Part shown: positions 35,965 through 43,696 of the stretch, one piece after another
Layout: the number at the start of each line of letters is the position of its first letter
Numbering within the stretch: position 1 is the first letter of the stretch
DNA from: a virus
Direction: 5' to 3' (one strand)
DNA length: 64,000 nucleotides
Virus record (IMG/VR): IMGVR_UViG_3300045988_131721
Span: 32,001-96,000 of that record
Made by a program: the position numbers and the translations under genes
The notes under the pieces: model-generated
Database searches by the model: none
Told to the model about the DNA's origin: nothing
What the model saw: only the letters and a program-made list of their open reading frames with translations

Positions 35965-36267
35965 ATGTTATTAAAAATATATGGAGCGATTACAATACTA
36001 AATATAATATTAGGAGAAAAACTTAGATTTGATTTAAAGAAAAATACAAAATTTGTTGAAGAGTTGGTAACACATCAATTAGGAAGAGTAATATATAACA
36101 GATATATCAAACGAAGCAAATTAATAATAAATTCTATATTACCTATTTATAATTTATTTTCTGTATTTGAAAGCAACATGTTTTTTATATTCAATATATT
36201 TAGTACCAAGGAAGGTAATGACGCAATGTTAAAAGTATTAAAAGATTCTGAAAATGAAAATAATTAA
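35965..36267 (+). CDS. Hypothetical protein, partly hydrophobic
   Basis: 100-aa ORF coupled to the upstream stop (TAAATG). Confidence 0.45.
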   Translation: MLLKIYGAITILNIILGEKLRFDLKKNTKFVEELVTHQLGRVIYNRYIKRSKLIINSILPIYNLFSVFESNMFFIFNIFSTKEGNDAMLKVLKDSENENN

Positions 36268-36283
36268 TAAAGGAGGATTTATT

Positions 36284-36535
36284 ATGGATAAATTAGAATA
36301 CGAAATAAACGTATTAAAACCAAAAGAAGGAGATATAGTTTTATTTAGATATAAAACAATTGACGGAGAACCAATAGCTACGGACGAAGAACTTTCAGAT
36401 TTTCATAATCGTGCTAGAAAAATATTCAATGGTGACGTAATTACTTTACCAGATTATATAAACGTAGATTTGGTAGATAAAAAATTCTTAGAAGATTCAA
36501 TAAAAGCTATGCAAGAAATATTAGATAGAATATAA
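36284..36535 (+). CDS. Hypothetical protein
   Basis: ATG after AAAGGAGGA. 83 aa. Confidence 0.5.
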   Translation: MDKLEYEINVLKPKEGDIVLFRYKTIDGEPIATDEELSDFHNRARKIFNGDVITLPDYINVDLVDKKFLEDSIKAMQEILDRI

Positions 36536-36568
36536 TAAAAATAATTAATAAAAAAGGAGAATGATAAT

Positions 36569-36925
36569 ATGATGTTTATAATTGATAAAAATAAAAAAGC
36601 CATAATAAAAGGTGTTGAAATAGACACAGTAAATGGTTATGAAATAATCAAAAAAGATGATGGTTTATACTTAGATATAAATAATGAGGTATTTACAGAT
36701 GAATCTTATAAGTTATTCCTTGAAATGATTAGAGCAGAAATAAAGAAAGGTGATTTATATGAAATAATATTAGAAGATGAAATTGTAGATACTGAAAGAA
36801 AAAAAGATATTGTGAAAACACATTATATTTGCAAGATAACAGAAGGAACATTATTTAAAGTAAATTATAAAAACCCAGGTGTAACACTCCCTTTATTTAA
36901 AATAATCGACATGCATTATGAGTAA
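36569..36925 (+). CDS. Hypothetical protein (paralog of 35611-35964)
   Basis: See 35611-35964. Its leader is almost identical to the thyX leader. Confidence 0.55.
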   Translation: MMFIIDKNKKAIIKGVEIDTVNGYEIIKKDDGLYLDINNEVFTDESYKLFLEMIRAEIKKGDLYEIILEDEIVDTERKKDIVKTHYICKITEGTLFKVNYKNPGVTLPLFKIIDMHYE

Positions 36926-36960
36926 TACAAAATAATTAATAAAAAAAGGAGAATGATAAT

Positions 36961-37698
36961 ATGATGAAAGTAAAATTAATTGGGAAATATGGAAATGTAG
37001 AAGAAGTTATAGCTATGGCAGGTAAATTATGTTATAGTCCTGTAGGTATAGACGAATTAGAAGAAGGTTTAACAGAAGATAAAATACAAGGTTTTATAAA
37101 AAGATTAATAGATATGGGGCATGAGTCTCCATTAGAACATTGTAGTTTTTCATTTGCAGTGGAAGGTGTTAGTAGAGCTTTAACTCATCAATTAGTAAGA
37201 CATAGAATAGCATCTTACAGTCAACAATCTCAAAGATATGTTAAGGAAGAAGAAGGTAAATTTGAATTTATAACTCCTAGTATAATTAAAGAAATGGGAG
37301 AAGATTATGTTAAAGAATACGAAAATGATATGCACTCAATTCATGCTATGTATTTAAAATGGCAAAAAAATATAAAACAATATGTTGAAGAAAATGATTA
37401 TCCTACTTATGGTATGAATTCAACTAAAGTGGCTAATGAAAATGCAAGATATGTTTTACCTAATGCTTCAGAAACTAAAATAATAGTTACAATGAATGTT
37501 AGAAGTTTATATAATTTCTTTAATAAAAGATGTTGCAATAGAGCACAAGAAGAAATTAGAGAACTTGCAGAGAAAATGTTAGAAATATGCAGAGAAGAAG
37601 CACCATTATTATTTAGTAAAATAGGTGCGCCTTGTCAATATGGGTCTTGTCCAGAAGGTAAAATGAATTGTGGAAGTCCAAAAGAGAGATTAATATAA
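36961..37698 (+). CDS. thyX: Flavin-dependent thymidylate synthase ThyX
   Basis: ThyX signature LVRHRIASYSQQSQRY (RHRxxSxxxxSxR), plus SPLEH and the NARYVLPNA region. Confidence 0.9.
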   Translation: MMKVKLIGKYGNVEEVIAMAGKLCYSPVGIDELEEGLTEDKIQGFIKRLIDMGHESPLEHCSFSFAVEGVSRALTHQLVRHRIASYSQQSQRYVKEEEGKFEFITPSIIKEMGEDYVKEYENDMHSIHAMYLKWQKNIKQYVEENDYPTYGMNSTKVANENARYVLPNASETKIIVTMNVRSLYNFFNKRCCNRAQEEIRELAEKMLEICREEAPLLFSKIGAPCQYGSCPEGKMNCGSPKERLI

Positions 37699-37714
37699 AT
37701 GGAGATGAAGTAGT

Positions 37715-38456
37715 ATGATTGAAAAAAATGTAATATATAATACAGACTGTTTTTCCTTAATGGAACAAATGGTTGAAGAAAATTTTAAAGTGGATGTTAT
37801 ACTGACTCAAAGTCCTCCCTAGCCTATCTAAGGAGGACTACATAAATCTATTTCAACACTTTAATAAAATATTAATTGATAATGGAACAGTGTTAATTGA
37901 AATCCCATATAATAGAAAAAAACCAAGTTATGTGTTTCAAATAATAAATGAAATAGAAATGAATACGGAATTTATGTTAGGTGACATTATATATTGGAAT
38001 AAAACTGACATTCTTCCAGATAATATGAGTTGTAATCAATCAACAAAAAATATATCACAAATACATTTATTTTGCAGAAAGAATGAATTTAAAACTTACA
38101 AGACTAATAAAATAGTTAAAAGCCACAGAGAGAACGGACAAAGAACATATACTAATATATCTAATATAATTAATGCACCAGTTAGAGATAAAGGTGTTAA
38201 AACATTCAATCATAAAGTATTTTCAACTGAATTAGTTAAAGAATTGTTATATAAATATGTGAAAAAAAGAGGAATTGTCTTTGATTGTTTTCTTGGGACT
38301 GGAACTGTGGCAGTAGCAACAATTAATAAAAATATTTATTATATTGCAAGTGAAATAGACAAGGAGCAAGTAGAGTATGCTAGAATAAGAGTGTTGAAAA
38401 GAAAGAAAGAAATAAAGAAGGAGTATTATAAAAATTATAAAAGAAAGAAGGAATGA
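37715..38456 (+). pseudogene. Beta-class DNA methyltransferase split by a +1 frame change at CCC TAG (pseudogene or recoded gene)
   Basis: N-terminal part MIEKNVIYNTDCFSLMEQM..VDVILTQSPP-stop (TAG 37820-37822). The +1 frame continues SLSKEDYINLFQHFNKILIDNGTVLIEI...FDCFLGTGTVAVA (motif I). Confidence 0.6.
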
Positions 38457-38460
38457 TATT

Positions 38461-39237
38461 ATGGGGAGTAAAATTGACAGAACTGGTGAGAAAAATATTA
38501 ATAATTTTGGAAGTGAAATGGTTATTGTTGAATACAAAAAATACTCTGATATAGATGTTTATTTCCCAGAATATGACTGGACAACTAAAAATAATACATA
38601 CCAAAATTTTAAAAATGGTAAAATCAAATCACCTTATGATAAAAGCGTATTTGGTGTTGGATATTTAGGGGAGGGAGAATATGAGAGTAGAGAAAATGGT
38701 AAGCTTACTAAAGTTTATGCTACTTGGTGTCATATGTTAGAAAGGTGTTATTATGAAAAATATCACAAAAGGTATCCTACATATATAGATTGCAAAGTAA
38801 GTGAAGAATGGCATAACTTTCAAAATTTTGCTAAATGGTATGAAAACAATTATTATGAAGTTGAAGGAGAAATAATGTGTTTAGATAAGGATATTTTGAT
38901 AAAACATAATAAAATATATAGTCCAGAAACTTGTATTTTTGTGCCACAAACAATTAATACTTTATTTGTTAAAAATAATAAAAATCGAGGCAATTCAGTT
39001 ATAGGTACAAGTCCTATGAATGGTAAATATATGGTGACTTGTAGTATGTTCGACTTTAAAACTGGTAAGTCTAAAAATGAATATTTAGGAAGGTATAAAA
39101 CACAAGAAAAAGCATTTGAAGTATACAAATATTATAAAGAAAAGAATATTAAACAAATAGCAGATTATTTTAAAGAACAAATACCTATTCAACTATATAA
39201 TACTTTATATAATTATATAGTTGAAATTACAGATTAG
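38461..39237 (+). CDS. Homing-endonuclease-like protein, family 1, copy 5
   Basis: Full family-1 block set. Starts 4 nt after the methyltransferase stop. Confidence 0.65.
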   Translation: MGSKIDRTGEKNINNFGSEMVIVEYKKYSDIDVYFPEYDWTTKNNTYQNFKNGKIKSPYDKSVFGVGYLGEGEYESRENGKLTKVYATWCHMLERCYYEKYHKRYPTYIDCKVSEEWHNFQNFAKWYENNYYEVEGEIMCLDKDILIKHNKIYSPETCIFVPQTINTLFVKNNKNRGNSVIGTSPMNGKYMVTCSMFDFKTGKSKNEYLGRYKTQEKAFEVYKYYKEKNIKQIADYFKEQIPIQLYNTLYNYIVEITD

Positions 39238-39300
39238 AAATAATTAATAAATTAAAAAAACTATTGACATTAATCACCTCATGTGTTATTATCTATATAA
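39238..39300 (+). promoter_or_regulatory. Class I sigma-A-type promoter
   Basis: AATAATTAATAAA 39239-39251, TTGACA 39263-39268, 17-nt spacer, TGTTATTAT with TATTAT at 39286-39291. Confidence 0.6.
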
Positions 39301-39303
39301 GAG

Positions 39304-40428
39304 GTGATTAATGTGAAAATAATAAATAAAAATAATATTTATAAAGAAAATGAAAAAGAATTTTTCGTACTTAAAACTTTTAAAGACGTAATAGATTTAG
39401 GAAATAACAAATATCTCACACACCTATCGGCAGAAGAGATTGGTAGAATGTGGGATAAGGAGGAATTGACATATTATACTCCTACTCAACGTGGAGTGAA
39501 ATATAAGAAAATTAATAATAAAATAAAAGAAGAAACAATAACAAAACAATCAAACATATTAGAAATGCAGAATTTAATATTAAAAGGACAACTAGGAACT
39601 ACTCAATTAACATTCAATGTGCTTGATAATGGTAAAGGATTAATTAATTATAATAAAGATAAAAGAGAACTTTTTATTAAAGGAAGTATAGCTTTATTAG
39701 ACGGAAATCATAGGGTTAAAGCATGTTACCGAGCTTATAAATCTTCTCAAATACTTGGCGATGAAGAGTTAATTAAGAATGTGAAAAATACTATATTCCC
39801 CGTTATAATTTTACATTATGAAGATTCAAAAGCCAAGATTGTATTTTCTCAAATGTCTAAAGGATTAAAAATAAGTAAATCTTTAGCTGAATCATTCGAT
39901 AGTACAAAAGCTAGCAATCGAATCATATTAAGATTAAATGAACATTCTGTTCTTAAAGGTATGATTGACGTAAGAAAAAATAGCGTAAGCAAAGATGACA
40001 TGGAACATATAGTAACTTTTAATACCCTAAAAATGGCTATCGATACTTCGTTCCCCTCAATTAAAAATGAATCGGAAGAGAAGGAAATATATATGTTTTT
40101 ATCTTCATTTTTCAATGAACTATTTTGTTTATTCCCCCACATGAAAGATGGAGAAGGACGTATATTAATTAGAAAAGAATCATTAGAATGTGAAGATATT
40201 ATGTTCCATGCTTATATATCACTAGCAGAAGATTTATACATGAAGCGAAAATCTGGCAAGTGGAAAGAAGAGTTAAAAGCTTTAGAAGAAATAGATTTTT
40301 CAAAATCTAATAGTATTTGGGATTGCATAATTAAAGAAGGGAAAGAATCTTACATCACAATTAACACTAAACAATCAAGAGCATTAATGATAAGAGTGTT
40401 TAAACAAGAATTCTATAGTAATTTATAA
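39304..40428 (+). CDS. DGQHR-domain protein (DndB-like, ParB/Srx fold)
   Basis: PTQRGV, ALLDGNHRVKA (DGQHR-type motif), FPVIIL and FSQMSKGLKISKSLAESFD parallel the DndB-family layout. About 370 aa. The exact start is uncertain (GTG). Confidence 0.55.
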   Translation: MINVKIINKNNIYKENEKEFFVLKTFKDVIDLGNNKYLTHLSAEEIGRMWDKEELTYYTPTQRGVKYKKINNKIKEETITKQSNILEMQNLILKGQLGTTQLTFNVLDNGKGLINYNKDKRELFIKGSIALLDGNHRVKACYRAYKSSQILGDEELIKNVKNTIFPVIILHYEDSKAKIVFSQMSKGLKISKSLAESFDSTKASNRIILRLNEHSVLKGMIDVRKNSVSKDDMEHIVTFNTLKMAIDTSFPSIKNESEEKEIYMFLSSFFNELFCLFPHMKDGEGRILIRKESLECEDIMFHAYISLAEDLYMKRKSGKWKEELKALEEIDFSKSNSIWDCIIKEGKESYITINTKQSRALMIRVFKQEFYSNL

Positions 40429-40433
40429 TTTCA

Positions 40434-40465
40434 TCACCATCTTTACAGATGGTGAATTTTTATTA
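40434..40465 (+). terminator. Rho-independent terminator
   Basis: TCACCATCT-TTAC-AGATGGTGA followed by ATTTTTATT. Confidence 0.8.
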
Positions 40466-40467
40466 TT

Positions 40468-40522
40468 CATAGGTAATTTTAGACTAACAATTGTTAATAC
40501 TGTAATATAAGGAAGGAGGTAG
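40468..40522 (+). promoter_or_regulatory. Class II phage promoter cassette, copy 8
   Basis: CATAGGTAATTTT, 12 nt, GTTAATA, CTG, TAATATAAGGAAGGAGG. Confidence 0.55.
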
Positions 40523-40528
40523 TTGATT

Positions 40529-41464
40529 ATGGATAATCAATGTAAATATAAAAGGATATACGAGGAAAAAGCCAATGGAGAGCTAGAATGTGTAGGATTA
40601 ATAAAAAAAGGAGAAACAATAAAGGTTGTAAAAGAAATTACACCACAACAAAAGTTATTCCTTAGTAATAAGAATGAATTAACTCAACATAATAAACAGT
40701 TAGGAGGTTTTGTTCAAGTGTGCTATGTTAAAAACCAATTATTATTTAATGATTTAAATTTGAATCAAGCAACTATAAGTAGATTTTTGTATTTAGCAAC
40801 ATATATAGATTACAACGACAGAGAAGAAAATGTATTGGTTAAATATACTAAAAATAATAAAATAGAATATATGAATAAAAGAGACGTGAAATATTTATTA
40901 AATTTAGGAGACACGGCGTTTAAGTCTTTTTATAAAGAAATAAAAGAAAAAGAATTATTATTTGAAGCTAATGGTAAGATATATTTAAACCCAGTATACG
41001 TGAATAAAGGTAAAAGTAATTTTAAAGATAAAGAATATGCAAGAATGTTTATAGATACGACAAGAGAGTTATATGAAAATTGTAAGCCAAGACAACACAA
41101 ACATTTAAGTTATGTTTATCAATTATTACCATTTTTACATTATGAAACTAATATATTATGCAAGAATCCAGAAGAAATAGATATTAATAAATTAGATAAA
41201 TTACATTTCACTGATATATGTAGAATGTTAAATTTAAGTAATGATAAAAAAACAATGGATAAATTAAAAAGAGATTTGTTTAAATTTTATATAACTAGAG
41301 ATGATGAGAAATATTATTTTTTATCATATGTCACTATAAGACAAGAAATTGGAACAAGAAGTTATTATGTTGTGAATCCTTATGTTGTATGGAAAGGTAA
41401 AAATTTACAAGTAGCTAAAGATATAATAGGTTTTTTAACATTAGAACATATGAAAGGTAGATAA
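40529..41464 (+). CDS. Putative winged-helix replication-initiator-like / origin-binding protein
   Basis: No catalytic motif. The pattern LNLNQATISRFLYLATYID...MNKRDVKYLLNLGDTAFKSFYKEIKEKELL resembles plasmid/phage Rep wHTH domains. Iteron-like repeats lie directly downstream. Confidence 0.35.
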   Translation: MDNQCKYKRIYEEKANGELECVGLIKKGETIKVVKEITPQQKLFLSNKNELTQHNKQLGGFVQVCYVKNQLLFNDLNLNQATISRFLYLATYIDYNDREENVLVKYTKNNKIEYMNKRDVKYLLNLGDTAFKSFYKEIKEKELLFEANGKIYLNPVYVNKGKSNFKDKEYARMFIDTTRELYENCKPRQHKHLSYVYQLLPFLHYETNILCKNPEEIDINKLDKLHFTDICRMLNLSNDKKTMDKLKRDLFKFYITRDDEKYYFLSYVTIRQEIGTRSYYVVNPYVVWKGKNLQVAKDIIGFLTLEHMKGR

Positions 41465-41466
41465 AT

Positions 41467-41521
41467 TCAAAGTTAGGTATTCTACGACTAAAATCCAAAT
41501 CAAAGTTAGGTATTCTGCGAC
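41467..41521 (+). repeat. Two 22-nt direct repeats (iteron-like), 33-nt period
   Basis: TCAAAGTTAGGTATTCTACGAC (41467-41488) and TCAAAGTTAGGTATTCTGCGAC (41500-41521). Followed by about 55 nt of almost pure A/T. Confidence 0.75.
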
Positions 41522-41663
41522 CATATTTATTTTCAAAATAATATATAATTAATATAATATTTGTTATAAAATAGCCTTTTAACTCTTCTATATTCTATAG
41601 CACTAGATTAGATATAAGATATAGTTGAGATACAGTATAGAAAACTAAAATTAATTAATATTT

Positions 41664-41677
41664 ACCCCTAGAGGGGT
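41664..41677. repeat. 14-bp perfect GC-rich palindrome
   Basis: ACCCCTAGAGGGGT within the longest non-coding stretch of the plus arm (41465-41795). Confidence 0.7.
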
Positions 41678-41795
41678 ATAGTTTGAAAAAATAATTGCTC
41701 TTTGATTATTTTAGAAAACGAAAAAGGGTGGTGGAATTTTAATAAAATTTTCATTCATTAAATATTAATATACTAATATAAGGAAAGGAATTGAT

Positions 41796-42578
41796 GTGAA
41801 AATGGTAGCAAAAATTAATAGAAAAGGAGAAAAGAATTATAACACTTTCGGAAGTGAAATGATAATTACAGAATATAGAGAACGTATGGACATTGATATA
41901 TATTTTCCAGAATATGATTGGACTTTTAAAGGAGCAACATATCAATCTTTCAAAAACGGTAGAATTGCATGTCCTTATGAAAGAAGATATTATGGAGTTG
42001 GTTGTATTGGAGATGGAGAATACAAAGTAAGTGAAAACGGTAAACTAACTAAGGTTTATAACACTTGGCATCATATGTTGAGAAGATGTTATGATGAAAA
42101 ATACCACAAAAAACATCCTACGTATATTACTTGTGAAGCATCTGAGGAATGGTATAATTTTCAAAACTTTGCAGAATGGTACGAGGAAAATTATTATGAG
42201 GTAGATGGTGAAAGAATGGAATTAGATAAAGATATAATAATTAAGCATAACAAAATATATAGTCCAGAAACTTGTATTTTTGTACCTCAAACAATAAATT
42301 TATTATTTGTTAAATGCGATAGGAGTAGAGGGGAATCAGTTATTGGAACAAGCCCATATCGAGATAAATATAGAGTAAATTGTTGTTTAATCAATCCTCG
42401 AACTGGTAAATCAAAGAGTGAATATTTAGGGTTATACGACACTCAAGAGAAAGCGTTTGAAGTGTATAAATATTACAAAGAAAAGAATATAAAAGAAGTA
42501 GCTGACTACTTCAAAAGACAAATACCAAGGGAATTGTATTATAGTATGTGTACTTATGAAGTAGAAATAGATGATTAA
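41796..42578 (+). CDS. Homing-endonuclease-like protein, family 1, copy 6
   Basis: GTG start. Full family-1 block set. Preceded by a partial class II leader (ATTAATATACTAATATAAGGAAAGG). Confidence 0.65.
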   Translation: MKMVAKINRKGEKNYNTFGSEMIITEYRERMDIDIYFPEYDWTFKGATYQSFKNGRIACPYERRYYGVGCIGDGEYKVSENGKLTKVYNTWHHMLRRCYDEKYHKKHPTYITCEASEEWYNFQNFAEWYEENYYEVDGERMELDKDIIIKHNKIYSPETCIFVPQTINLLFVKCDRSRGESVIGTSPYRDKYRVNCCLINPRTGKSKSEYLGLYDTQEKAFEVYKYYKEKNIKEVADYFKRQIPRELYYSMCTYEVEIDD

Positions 42579-42602
42579 AAATAATTAATAAAAATTTTAA
42601 TT

Positions 42603-42660
42603 CATAGGTAAATTTTACTCATTAATTGTTAATATATTAAATATAAGGGGAGTGATGTAA
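42603..42660 (+). promoter_or_regulatory. Class II phage promoter cassette, copy 9, with ATG-TAA start-stop
   Basis: CATAGGTAAATTT, 12 nt, GTTAATA, AAATATAAGGGGAGTG, ATG TAA (42655-42660). Confidence 0.5.
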
Positions 42661-42661
42661 A

Positions 42662-43126
42662 TTGGATGTAATACAAAGGAATAAAACAGAAACGATAGAT
42701 ACAATACATGATTTGTTAAATTGTTGGAAATTTAATATAGAAAGTGAATATTCTAATCTAATAGACTTAACTAATATAATTCTAATTGTATCAGATAGAG
42801 ATGTGGATATTATGTTAGATAAGTTATTGACTGTTATTAATACATTTGAAACATCATTATCGTATGATAAAATTAAATGTAAAGATTTTTATTTAGTTGT
42901 GTTGAAATTTTATTTTGATAATTTAGATATTAATATACATCTACAATTTAGAGTAATATCATATGAGAAATATTTAGAATTAACATATCACTTGAAATAT
43001 AGTCTTCTATTATTTGATATGAATTATAATAAATTCAAAGAAATTGATTTAGATAAGGCAAAGAAAATAATTAACAAAGAACCAGAGAATATGTTTATAG
43101 ATTATGGTATTATTAATTTATATTAA
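42662..43126 (+). CDS. Hypothetical protein
   Basis: 154-aa ORF. TTG start directly after the start-stop, so the start is uncertain. Confidence 0.45.
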   Translation: MDVIQRNKTETIDTIHDLLNCWKFNIESEYSNLIDLTNIILIVSDRDVDIMLDKLLTVINTFETSLSYDKIKCKDFYLVVLKFYFDNLDINIHLQFRVISYEKYLELTYHLKYSLLLFDMNYNKFKEIDLDKAKKIINKEPENMFIDYGIINLY

Positions 43127-43139
43127 AGGAGGAGATATT

Positions 43140-43520
43140 ATGGAGAAAACATTTCAAGAGGTAATGAATACAATTAAAGAAGGTGAAACATGGATTAATA
43201 AATATGATGATAGAAGATTGGCAAAAATAGAAAAATCTTCAAATGTTATACATTTTAAATTTAATGGTGAGTTTGAAAAAATTGGTGTCATGTTAGATGA
43301 CATATTTGTATTAGACAAGAAAAAATATACTTTTGAGGAGGCTATGAAAGCCTTAAAAGAAGGTAAAGAAATAGAAAGCTGTTATAGTGAAATAAAGTAT
43401 GTAATGTCCCCTAAAGGGAATGAAAATGTACATTATTTTGATACAGAATATAATAAATGGAATGAGTGTAGTATGTTTAGTCTTAAAGAAATATTCGGTG
43501 TTTGGTATATAAATAATTAA
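43140..43520 (+). CDS. Hypothetical protein with two F(Q/E)E(V/A)M..(I/L)KEG(E/K) motifs, possibly DUF2829-like
   Basis: MEKTFQEVMNTIKEGETW and YTFEEAMKALKEGKEIES resemble the N-terminal signature I recall for DUF2829 proteins. The match is weak and made by eye only. Confidence 0.5.
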   Translation: MEKTFQEVMNTIKEGETWINKYDDRRLAKIEKSSNVIHFKFNGEFEKIGVMLDDIFVLDKKKYTFEEAMKALKEGKEIESCYSEIKYVMSPKGNENVHYFDTEYNKWNECSMFSLKEIFGVWYINN

Positions 43521-43523
43521 ATT

Positions 43524-43583
43524 CATAGGTAATTTTTATAAAAGTTTTGTTAATATAGTAATATGAAGGAGGTGATAATGTGA
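43524..43583 (+). promoter_or_regulatory. Class II phage promoter cassette, copy 10, with ATG-TGA start-stop
   Basis: CATAGGTAATTTT, 12 nt, GTTAATA, TAG, TAATATGAAGGAGGTGATA, ATG TGA (43578-43583). Confidence 0.55.
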
Positions 43584-43669
43584 ATGATAGAGTACATAAA
43601 TGGTTTTACATAGGTTTTTGTTGTTCACTACTTAGTATTTTATTCTTTGTATTAGAAATAATTTTATAA
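43580..43669 (+). CDS. Possible 29-aa hydrophobic peptide (GTG start)
   Basis: VNDRVHKWFYIGFCCSLLSILFFVLEIIL. The GTG overlaps the ATG-TGA start-stop. Confidence 0.25.
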   Translation: MNDRVHKWFYIGFCCSLLSILFFVLEIIL

Positions 43670-43696
43670 AAATAATTAATAAAAAGGAGCGATGTT

